From positions 773,890 through 797,889 of the forward strand of contig NZ_JH976535.1 of the NCBI RefSeq assembly GCF_000183545.2: a stretch of DNA of 24,000 nt, in the 5' to 3' direction. Position numbers and translations under genes: made by a program. This stretch comes from Thermaerobacter subterraneus DSM 13965. Lineage in GTDB: Bacteria; Bacillota; Sulfobacillia; Thermaerobacterales; Thermaerobacteraceae. How positions within the stretch are numbered: position 1 is the first letter of the stretch; the number at the start of each line of letters is the position of its first letter. The notes below the pieces were generated by a model that made no database searches, was not told the DNA's origin, and saw only the letters and a program-made list of their open reading frames with translations. Below, in pieces: positions 1-7,569 of the stretch.

Positions 1-129
1 CTGCTGTTGGTGGGTGCGGGGGTGGCGATGCAGCGGGGTCGGCCAGATCTCGCCACGGTGGTGGTGGCGCCCGTCTACCTTGCGGTCTTTGTCCTGCTCC
101 TGATGTACGGGATGGCAGCCGCCTACTGA
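1..129 (+). CDS. hypothetical membrane protein, 3' end (partial at window edge)
   Basis: Frame 1 is open from the window edge to TGA 127-129. The tail ...VVVAPVYLAVFVLLLMYGMAAAY is a hydrophobic helix. Third codon positions are G/C-rich like neighbouring genes. No family recognised. Confidence 0.35.
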   Translation: MLLVGAGVAMQRGRPDLATVVVAPVYLAVFVLLLMYGMAAAY

Positions 130-161
130 ACCTACTGACACGATGGAGGGGGTGGGGGACG

Positions 162-593
162 GTGCACCGGACCACGGCGACGCTGGCGTCCCTGGTGGGC
201 ACGGTGGGTTCGACGGCGGTGCTCTACGGCGCCCTGTTCTGGTTGCCCCATCACCTGCAGGGGGCCCAACTCCATCCCACCGGGATCATCTTGCTCGGAT
301 CCCTGCTGGTGCTGCTCTTGCTGAGTTGGGCGCCGCTGGTCGCGCGCAGGGTGAAGCGCGGCGCCAGTGCCGCCGGGCTCCTCGGCTACGACCTGGCCTT
401 CGCGACCGGCACGGCGATCCTGGCAGTGCCCTTCCTGCTGTCGCCGTTGCGGCTGATCTTCCTGCTGCCCCTGGTGGCATGCCTGGTCCTGGTGGGTGCG
501 GAACGCATCAATACAGGCAACGTGGGGCGCCCGCTGTCGGACCCCCGGGGTTCTGCGTCCGACCCCACCGGACGGCCCGCGGGATCACGGTAG
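162..593 (+). CDS. hypothetical integral membrane protein
   Basis: GTG start with GGAGGGGG about 10 nt upstream. The 143-aa product has about four hydrophobic helices (GIILLGSLLVLLLLSW, LIFLLPLVACLVLVGA). No motif recognised. Confidence 0.5.
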   Translation: MHRTTATLASLVGTVGSTAVLYGALFWLPHHLQGAQLHPTGIILLGSLLVLLLLSWAPLVARRVKRGASAAGLLGYDLAFATGTAILAVPFLLSPLRLIFLLPLVACLVLVGAERINTGNVGRPLSDPRGSASDPTGRPAGSR

Positions 594-2204
594 CCGCGGC
601 CGCCGCTCGAACCACGGCGCCGCCCGCTCCAGCTGCCCCGCCAGGCGGAAGAGCCGGTCTTCCGCGCCGAAGGGGGCGACGAACTGGATCCCGATGGGCA
701 GGCCCTCCGGCGTCCAGTGAAGAGGCACGGACATGGCGGGCACCCCGGCCAGGTTGGCCAGCTGGGTGAAGGGCGTGGCCGCCAGGTTCTCCAGGGCCAC
801 CTGCTCGAGGATCCCCGCCGCCCGGTACACCCGCCCCGAGCCCAGGATGCCCAGGGCGTTGAGCAGGTTCATCAAACGCTCTTGGGCCGGAGAGGGCTTC
901 AGCTCCCCGACGGCCACCGGCGGCCGGGCGACCGTCGGCGTCATGTAGAGGTCCCACTGCTGGAAGAACCGGCCCAGGGCCCGGGCGGCCTGGTCCCACT
1001 GCTCCAGGGCCTGGCTGAACTCGCCGGCGCTGACCGTCTCCCCGAGGATCCCCAGCATCCGGGTGGCCGGCTCAAGGCGCTTCACCGCCTCGGGTCCGCG
1101 GAGTTCCCGCACCCGCCGGACCTCGGCCGCCACCGTGCCGCAGTACATGGTGAGGTAGCTGCGGGCCAGGGCAAGCCCGTCGATCTCCGGCCGGGCCTCC
1201 ACCACGTGGTGGCCGAGTTCCTCCAACAGGCGGGCCGCCCCCTCCACCGCCTTGACGCACTCGGGATCTACCGGCCGGTCGATGGGGGAGCGGGTGTCTA
1301 CGGCGATGCGCAGCGGCTCGGGGTCCTGGCCGAGTTCGTCCAGATAGGATCGGCGGGGCGGGGCGATGACGTAAGGCGCCCCGGGCTCGGGCGGGGCCAG
1401 CAGGTCCAAGATGGCGGCGCTGTCCCGGACCGACCGGGTGAGGACCCCGTACACCGCGGCGCCGTGCCACATCTGGCCGAAGTCGGGCCCCGTGGGGGTC
1501 CGCCCCCGGCTCGCCTTGAGGCCGAAGAGGCCGCAGTGGGAGGCCGGGATGCGCAGCGAGCCCCCGCCGTCGCCCCCCGAGGCCAGGGGGACCATGCCGG
1601 CCGCCACCGCCGCCGCGGAGCCCCCGCTGGACCCGCCAGGGGTCCGGGAGGGGTCCCAAGGGTTCCGGCACGGGCCGTACAGTTCGGGCTCGGTAAAGGC
1701 CACAAGGCCCAGTTCGGGCGTGTTGGTCTTGCCCAGGATGACGAGCCCGGCGGCCTTGTAGCGCCGGACCGTCTCGGCGTCGTGATCCGGGACGAACCCG
1801 GCATACGCCCGGGAGCCGTGGGTCAGGGGCACCCCGGCCAGGGCCTCGCCCAGGTCCTTGACCAGGAAGGGGACGCCGGTGAAGGGGCCAGGGGCGCCGG
1901 CGCCGGAAGCGCCAGCGGCCCCGCCGGGCGTGCCCTCATCCAGGGCCCGGGCCTGTTCCAGGGCCTGGTCGAACAGGGGGACGACCACGGCATTGAGCCG
2001 GGGGTTGAGCACCTCCACGCGCTCGATGGCCGCCTCGACCACCTCGACCGCCTTGACCTGCCGCGAGCGGATGAGTTCGGCCAGGCCGAGACCGTCGTAC
2101 CGGTCGTATTCCTTGAAACCCACGGCTCGGGTCCCCCGTTCTCCAGAGCGGACTGCGCCGGTCAGGGCAGAACATGCCGCCCCGTCGCCGGCCATGTTCG
2201 CCAT
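585..2204 (-). CDS. amidase-signature family amidase (GatA-like fold)
   Basis: Amidase signature GGSSGGSAAAVAAGMVPLASGGDGGGSLRIPAS, Lys in FLVKDL, GKTNTPE. Start is uncertain: ATG 2204/2195, or in-frame GTG 2123 (VGFKEYDRYDGLGLAELI...), which matches typical amidase N-termini. Confidence 0.85.
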   Translation of the reverse strand: MANMAGDGAACSALTGAVRSGERGTRAVGFKEYDRYDGLGLAELIRSRQVKAVEVVEAAIERVEVLNPRLNAVVVPLFDQALEQARALDEGTPGGAAGASGAGAPGPFTGVPFLVKDLGEALAGVPLTHGSRAYAGFVPDHDAETVRRYKAAGLVILGKTNTPELGLVAFTEPELYGPCRNPWDPSRTPGGSSGGSAAAVAAGMVPLASGGDGGGSLRIPASHCGLFGLKASRGRTPTGPDFGQMWHGAAVYGVLTRSVRDSAAILDLLAPPEPGAPYVIAPPRRSYLDELGQDPEPLRIAVDTRSPIDRPVDPECVKAVEGAARLLEELGHHVVEARPEIDGLALARSYLTMYCGTVAAEVRRVRELRGPEAVKRLEPATRMLGILGETVSAGEFSQALEQWDQAARALGRFFQQWDLYMTPTVARPPVAVGELKPSPAQERLMNLLNALGILGSGRVYRAAGILEQVALENLAATPFTQLANLAGVPAMSVPLHWTPEGLPIGIQFVAPFGAEDRLFRLAGQLERAAPWFERRPRLP

Positions 2205-2258
2205 ATACGTTCCCTGGCAGTGGATTCCTGCCCGCGCTGTCCGGGGCCGGATCTGGTC

Positions 2259-3371
2259 TCACGGGGCGCCCATCGTCAAGCCGGTGCGGCGCAGGTGGAC
2301 GTCCACCTGCACCGAGACCGGCAGGCTCGCGACGCGCCGGCGCCACTGCGGGGCGACGCCCCGCCACGCGGCCGGATCGCGGCGATGCAACTCCAGGCCG
2401 AACCCCACGGGGTCGATCCCCTCCCGGCGGGCCAGCTGCAGCAGCGCCGCCACGTCGCGTCCCACGGCGCGTGCCGCCGCCGCCTGGGCCCGCGGCAGCA
2501 CGGACGTCGTCAGGGGCTCCGTACACCGCCACTCTTCGACGTCCGCTTCGATCCGCACCCGCACGGAGGCCGCCGGCCCGGCGGGCGTCCAGCGGACACT
2601 CCGCCGGCTGCTGCTGCGCACGGCGGTGACCCCGAACCCGCGGTCCGGCGGATCGCCGGGGCAGGGCCACACCAGCCGGTCCACCTCTTGCTGGCCGGTC
2701 AGCCAGTACAGGCCCCGGGTGGCCGGTTCGTCCGCCAGGGCGACCAGGCGCAGGCCGCGGAACAGGGCCACGCGCCGCACCATGGGCTCGGTCGGCGTCG
2801 ACGCGGCGAGATCCACCACGGGCACCGCCGGATCCTCACCCCCGTGGCCCACGGTGCGCAGGAAGGCGTTCAGATCGATGGGTGGGCCGAGACGGGCGGA
2901 GGGACGAAGCATCATCCGCTGGAAGGCGACGAAGCGCGGGGCGCCGAAGGCGGGCTGGAGGCGGTGGAGGAACCGGCCGGCGGGGCTGTCGGTGACGAAC
3001 AGGAAGGCGTTACGACGAAAGGTGTAGCGCCGGGACAGGGTGTCGAGGACGGGCTCGAGGCCCGATCGCGCCAGGTCCCGCCCCACCAGCACCACGTTGA
3101 CGTGGCTCCACAGCATCTCCCGCCCTGCGGCCAGCTCCAGCTGGCGCTGCGCGTCGAGGAGCGACTGGCCTTCGGCCTGGAGCAGCCGGTGGACGACGCT
3201 GCCCGGTTGTTCCCTGGGACCGGTGGTGGGGGCGCCGACGATCTCCACGGTGAGCAGCAGGCGGTCGCTGCGGGTTCGATCGAGGCCCAGCACCGTCACC
3301 ACGGCGGCCTGCTCGGGTTCGATGCGGCCGTAGCAGCCGCCAAGGAAGAGGCCGGCGCAGAGGGCGAGCAT
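2259..3371 (-). other. Ger(x)C lipoprotein-like domain (possible independent cistron from ATG 3371 or GTG 3464)
   Basis: Signal-peptide/lipobox-like segment with the Cys codon at 3333-3335, then sequence typical of GerAC/GerKC. Candidate internal starts lack a clear Shine-Dalgarno. Confidence 0.5.
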
Positions 3372-4718
3372 CGCCAGGGCTGCCGCCCGCCGCGACCTGG
3401 CCGCGGCGCCCCGGACCTCAGAGCCGGAGGGACCCGCTTTCGCAGACGTACCGGATCCGCTCACCTGGGATGACGGAAGCCTTTCACCAGGATCCGGACC
3501 AGGGAGGCGGCCTCCGAGGTCCGAACCAGGGACGCGGCGCAGGCCGGTACGCCCCCCTTCCGGTCCCTCGCGTGGTGGCTCCTCTCCCCCGTTCGTCCTG
3601 GGGGACGCGGTCCGGGGCGTCGGCGGTCGCGGCCGGCCGGACCGGCGTGCCTTGAGGCTCATCCACCCGCCGGCCAGCAGGAAGGCCGTCCCCGCCATGG
3701 ACACCTCCGGGAAGACCCTCTCCACGTGGTGAAGAAGCACCGGGCCGCTGGTGAACCCCACGACGCCCACCCACCCGGCCCCGGCGCCAATCACGGCCGT
3801 CACCACGCCCTGCCATCGCGGCTTCCCGGGGAGGGCCCGGGCCACCGCCGTAGCGGCCGCGGTCAGCAAGAGACCCAGATGGACGAACGTCCCCGTCAGC
3901 CACGCGAACAGCGTGAGGATCTCAAGGCGCTGGAGGAACAGGCTGGCGCGGACCTGACGGATCAGGCTGAGCACCGGGAAAGTCGACCGCGCCACCTCGG
4001 ACACGCCGAGCACTGCGACGGCGGCCGCGGTGTAGGCGACCAGCAGCAGGCCCGACAGGGCCACGGCCAGGGGCAGGGCCCAGCGCAGTCGTCCGGGGTC
4101 CCGCAACCGGCCGCCGGCCGCCAGCACCACGGCCGACGCGCCGGAAAAGGCGAAGGCGACCGGCAGGGCGGTCGCCACCGGACCCACACCCGTTTCCAGG
4201 ACCGGCGTCAGCTCGCGCATGTCCACGTTCCCCGCCAGCACGACGGCAAGGTTGAGCACGCTGGCGCCCACCATCAGGGGGAAGAGCACCTGGCCGCTGC
4301 GGTAGACCGCCTCCAGGCCGTAGGCTGCCAGGACCCAACCCGTCAGCGCCGTCCCGGCGGCGAACACCGCCACCGGCATCTCAGGCAGCACGGTGGCGAA
4401 CACGGTGGTGACCTGGGCGACGAGGACCACCGCCAGGTACGTGACATACCCGGCAAAGCCCGCCGCGAGCAGGCGGTCGCCCCAGCCGGGCCGGTCCCCG
4501 GCCGTCCGCTCGCCCGGCGCCCGCTCCGGCCGGAAGTACAGGGCCCACCAGCACCAGGCCAGGACCATCCCGAGCATCGCCGCCACGCCCACCGCCATCC
4601 AGCCGTCCCGTCCCGCCTTCACCACCACGGGCCGCGGCAGGTACAGCAGCGCCCCCGTGGTCACCGCGATGGTGGCGTTGATGGCGACCTGCAGGGCTTC
4701 GACCCGCTGCGACCTCAT
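2259..4718 (-). CDS. spore germination protein: GerB-type permease and Ger(x)C lipoprotein domain in one uninterrupted frame
   Basis: ATG 4718 overlaps the gerKA stop (ATGA). About 365 aa form a 10-TM GerB/spore-permease-like sequence, followed by an ~85-aa Pro/Gly/Arg/Ser linker. Then come a lipobox-like RRAAALAMLALCAGLFLGGC and a ~355-aa Ger(x)C-like domain. There is no in-frame stop anywhere between 4718 and 2259 (the ORF track shows one open frame). Confidence 0.7.
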   Translation of the reverse strand: MRSQRVEALQVAINATIAVTTGALLYLPRPVVVKAGRDGWMAVGVAAMLGMVLAWCWWALYFRPERAPGERTAGDRPGWGDRLLAAGFAGYVTYLAVVLVAQVTTVFATVLPEMPVAVFAAGTALTGWVLAAYGLEAVYRSGQVLFPLMVGASVLNLAVVLAGNVDMRELTPVLETGVGPVATALPVAFAFSGASAVVLAAGGRLRDPGRLRWALPLAVALSGLLLVAYTAAAVAVLGVSEVARSTFPVLSLIRQVRASLFLQRLEILTLFAWLTGTFVHLGLLLTAAATAVARALPGKPRWQGVVTAVIGAGAGWVGVVGFTSGPVLLHHVERVFPEVSMAGTAFLLAGGWMSLKARRSGRPRPPTPRTASPRTNGGEEPPREGPEGGRTGLRRVPGSDLGGRLPGPDPGERLPSSQVSGSGTSAKAGPSGSEVRGAAARSRRAAALAMLALCAGLFLGGCYGRIEPEQAAVVTVLGLDRTRSDRLLLTVEIVGAPTTGPREQPGSVVHRLLQAEGQSLLDAQRQLELAAGREMLWSHVNVVLVGRDLARSGLEPVLDTLSRRYTFRRNAFLFVTDSPAGRFLHRLQPAFGAPRFVAFQRMMLRPSARLGPPIDLNAFLRTVGHGGEDPAVPVVDLAASTPTEPMVRRVALFRGLRLVALADEPATRGLYWLTGQQEVDRLVWPCPGDPPDRGFGVTAVRSSSRRSVRWTPAGPAASVRVRIEADVEEWRCTEPLTTSVLPRAQAAAARAVGRDVAALLQLARREGIDPVGFGLELHRRDPAAWRGVAPQWRRRVASLPVSVQVDVHLRRTGLTMGAP

Positions 4719-6295
4719 GGCCCGGGCTCCGCCGCCCGCCCGGCGCTCCGCTCCACGGGGACGAAGGGGACCTGCTTGCGGTGCCGCCTCCAGGGCAGGC
4801 GCACCAGGGCGTCTTCCAGCAGCGCCTCGCCGCGCCACGGTGCCAGCGGGGCGAGGAAGGGCCTGCCCACCGACTCCAGGGAGCTCAGGTGCCCGACCAC
4901 GGCGGTCACCCCGACGGCGATGCCGAACAGCCCCAGGGCGCTGCCCAGGAGCAACAACGCGTAGGAAATCAGCCTGAAGGGGACCGTCACGGCAAAGGTC
5001 GGGAGCGAGAGGGTGGCGACGGCCGTCGTCGCGGCCAGCACCACCATCGGGGCGCTGGCCAGTCCGCCCCGCACCATGGCCTCCCCCACCACCAGGGCGC
5101 CCACCACGGAGAGCGCACCGCCGATGCCGCGGGGCATGCGGGCGCCCGCCTCCCGCAGGAGGTCGAAGCCGACGTTCAGGATGATCGCCTCGACCACCGT
5201 GGGATAGGGTACGGCGGCGCGGCTGGTGAGGATCGTGACCAGCAGGTTGGTCGGGATCAGCTCGTGGTGGTAGTTGACGATGGCCACGTACAGCGCCAGG
5301 CCGCTGACGCTGACCAGCACGGCGAACAGGCGCAGCAGTCGCATGGCCGTGCCGAAGGGCCAGCGCAGGTAGTAGTCTTCCGGGCTCTGCAGGAGGTCCC
5401 AGAAGGTCGCCGGGACGATCAGCGCAAAGGGCGTGCCGTCCAGCATCAGGACCACCCGGCCCTCGGCGAGGGCGGCGGTGCACACGTCCGGACGTTCGGT
5501 GCTGCGGTACTGCATGAAGGGGGACCAGGGCCGCCCCGAGAGGAAGGAGGCGAGCTGGCTCGTGTCGACCACGGTGTCGAGGTCCACGGCGGCCAACCGC
5601 CGCCGCAAGGTCTGGACCAGCAACGGGTCGGCTCGGCCGAGCACGTAGAGGAGAGCGCCCCGGCTGTGGCTCAGGCGACCGACCTCGAAGTCCTCGACGC
5701 GCAGGCGATGATCGGCCAGGCGGCGCCGCACGGCGGCCAGGTTGGTGCGGAGCACCTCGGTGAACCCCTCGCGCGGCCCGCGGGTCACCACCTCCGTGGC
5801 CGGTTCCTCGGGCAGGCGGTGTTCGAAGCCGCTGAAGTCGAGGATGAGGGCGCGGTCGACCGAATCCACCAGCACCACGGCACTGCCGCGGTGCAGCTCC
5901 CGCACGACCTCGTCGAAGAGGCGGGCCTGCTGCAGCCGGGTTCCTTGGAGCCCGCGGCGGACGAGCCACCGCACCACCTCGTCCGGGGTGTTCACATCGG
6001 CCGGGATGCTTCCCAGCGGGACCAGCACGAAGCGATGGATCAGTTCGTCGACGGCCAGCCCGTCGATCACCGCCACGGCCACCCGGACCTGGCCCCGCAG
6101 CCGCAGGTGGCGGATGTGCAGGTCGCTGGCATGGCCGAGCAGCGCAGCCAGGCGGCGGGTGGTCTCATCGAGCCGGTGGGAAAGGGGTTCCGCCGCGGCC
6201 CGATCGGCGGCCCAACCGTCCAGGTACGCGCCAAGGCGGCTGCTGGCCGTATGGATCTCTTGCGTGAGCCGGTCCAGCAGGTTGCGGTTGGCCAT
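4715..6295 (-). CDS. spore germination protein, GerA/GerKA family
   Basis: GerA-family hallmarks: YRSTERPD, GRVVLMLDGTPFALIVPATFWDLLQSPEDYYLRWPFGT, and a C-terminal block of TM helices. Start is taken at ATG 6295 (MANRNLLDRL...). The 83 upstream in-frame codons are Arg/Pro/Gly-rich junk. No obvious SD before 6295. Confidence 0.85.
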   Translation of the reverse strand: MANRNLLDRLTQEIHTASSRLGAYLDGWAADRAAAEPLSHRLDETTRRLAALLGHASDLHIRHLRLRGQVRVAVAVIDGLAVDELIHRFVLVPLGSIPADVNTPDEVVRWLVRRGLQGTRLQQARLFDEVVRELHRGSAVVLVDSVDRALILDFSGFEHRLPEEPATEVVTRGPREGFTEVLRTNLAAVRRRLADHRLRVEDFEVGRLSHSRGALLYVLGRADPLLVQTLRRRLAAVDLDTVVDTSQLASFLSGRPWSPFMQYRSTERPDVCTAALAEGRVVLMLDGTPFALIVPATFWDLLQSPEDYYLRWPFGTAMRLLRLFAVLVSVSGLALYVAIVNYHHELIPTNLLVTILTSRAAVPYPTVVEAIILNVGFDLLREAGARMPRGIGGALSVVGALVVGEAMVRGGLASAPMVVLAATTAVATLSLPTFAVTVPFRLISYALLLLGSALGLFGIAVGVTAVVGHLSSLESVGRPFLAPLAPWRGEALLEDALVRLPWRRHRKQVPFVPVERSAGRAAEPGP

Positions 6296-6542
6296 AGCAG
6301 GTGTAGTATGTGCAGTCGCGGACCGTGCCGCCTGCCCTGGTGGGGTGCCGGAGGAGCCGCTGGCAGGGACCGGTGGCCCCGAAGGCGGCCGAGCCCCGGC
6401 GGCGAACCGGGCTGGGGCCGCAGGCCACCGACCTTGTCGCCGCAAGCCGGGGCCTGCACGGTGGGGGCAGCGAGCGGCTGGCCCCAGGACCTGGAGGTTC
6501 TTGCCCTGCCCGCAGGGAAACAACCTGCGGGAGGTGGACGGC

Positions 6543-6833
6543 ATGATCGTCCTGGTGGCCCGCTACGTCACCCGCCCCGGCATGGCGGACCGGGTCGAGG
6601 CCGCCGTGCGGGAGATGATCACCCTCTCCCGCCAGGAAGAGGGCTGCCTGCGCTACGAGGTGAACCGCTCGGTGGAGCGGGAGAACGAGTTTCTGCTCTA
6701 CGAGGTGTACCGCGATGAGGCGGCGCTGGAGGCCCACCGGCAGTCGCCCCACTTTCGCCGCATCGTCCAGGAGACCATCGTGCCCCTGCTGGAGCAGAGG
6801 GAGCGCCAGTTCTACCGGCCGGTGACGCCGTGA
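6543..6833 (+). CDS. antibiotic-biosynthesis-monooxygenase (ABM) domain protein / putative quinol monooxygenase
   Basis: ATG 6543 is preceded by GGGAGGTGG at about 6-nt spacing. The 96-aa product MIVLVARY...LRYEV...FLLYEVYRDEAALEAHRQSPHF is the typical ABM ferredoxin-like pattern. Confidence 0.8.
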   Translation: MIVLVARYVTRPGMADRVEAAVREMITLSRQEEGCLRYEVNRSVERENEFLLYEVYRDEAALEAHRQSPHFRRIVQETIVPLLEQRERQFYRPVTP

Positions 6834-6858
6834 CGGCCGCGGTGCTGGGGGTGAGGCT

Positions 6859-7053
6859 GTGCTTGCCTGGCAGGTCGAGCGGCTGGGGCCGCCGCGGGAG
6901 GTCCTGCGCCTGACGGACGTGCCCGAACCGGTGGTGGAACCCGGCACGGTGAAGATCCGAGTGGAAGCGGCGGGCTTTGCCGGCGGCGGCATTCCCCAGG
7001 TGCCCGCCAACACGTACTGGTGAAGAACTACAGCGTGGTGGGGATTCACTGGG
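6859..7053 (+). pseudogene. NADPH:quinone oxidoreductase (MDR family) remnant with an internal deletion and a frameshift
   Basis: GTG 6859 follows GGTGAGG. The N-terminus LAWQVERLGPPREVLRLTDVPEPVVEPGTVKIRVEAAG is GroES-like. It runs straight into FAGGGIPQVPANTY, a C-terminal Rossmann-end motif, and stops at TGA 7021. After a 1-nt frame slip the sequence continues as VKNYSVVGIHWG. Confidence 0.55.
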
Positions 7054-7569
7054 GTTCATGCCATCGGCTACTATGCCACGGCCCTGCTGGCCACCCGGGC
7101 CGGAGCCAGCTTCCCCGTGGCTCTGCTGGGTGTCGCCGGGGTCACCGGGACCGTGAGGTATGTCATGGGACTGCCGGCCCTGCGCCTCCACGGCCATTAC
7201 CTGGCCCTGGCCAGCATCAGCTTCGGCGCGGCGGTGCCGGAGATCATCCTGCAGTGGGACACGCTGACGGGTGGCCATGCCGGGGTCCTAGTGCCGCGGC
7301 CCGCCTTGGGTCCTCGGGAGCTGGCCGGCGATCGGCAGGTGTACTACCTGGCCTGGGGCGCCGCCTTCGTGCTGATGGCCGTGGCCGGCAACCTGCTCCG
7401 CACCCGGCCGGGGCGGGCCCTGATGGTCCTGCGGGAAAGCGACGTGCTGGCCCAGTCCCTGGGCATCAACCTGGTGACTTGCAAGACCCTGGCCTTCACC
7501 CTGAGCGCCGTCTACGCCGGGATCGCCGGGGGCCTTTACGCCTAACTGGTGGGCTTCATCAGCCGTTAC
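7054..7569 (+). pseudogene. livM: branched-chain amino acid ABC permease LivM, 5'-truncated fragment with a premature TAA, interrupted by an IS
   Basis: ...AIGYYATALLAT...GLPALRLHGHYLALASISFG...LTGGHAG...RPGRALMVLRESDVLAQSLGINLVTCKTLAFTLSAVYAGIAGGLYA is LivM-like. TAA at 7543-7545 sits where LivM proteins have His/Tyr. The frame continues LVGFISRY up to the IS junction. About the first 100 codons are absent. Confidence 0.75.

Noticed and set aside
717-3473. 918-aa plus-strand ORF (and similar ORFs at 143-769, 1858-3027 and 4781-6718)
   Set aside because: These lie antisense to well-supported amidase and ger genes. The translations are Arg/Pro/Gly/His-rich low-complexity sequence with no motifs. 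Long stop-free antisense frames are expected at about 70% GC.
6304-6310. CATACTA on the minus strand just upstream of gerKA, resembling the sigma-G -10 consensus CATnnTA
   Set aside because: It lies only 8 nt from the ATG. The best -35-like pentamer (GCACG) is 13 nt away instead of 17-18 nt and mismatches the consensus. This cannot be supported as a promoter from sequence alone.
7543-7563. The idea that the livM TAA (7543-7545) is a TnpB-escape mutation, because it falls at positions 19-21 of the putative guide-matched flank
   Set aside because: The guide is transcribed from this very flank, so a flank mutation is copied into the guide and gives no escape. Ordinary pseudogene decay is the simpler explanation.
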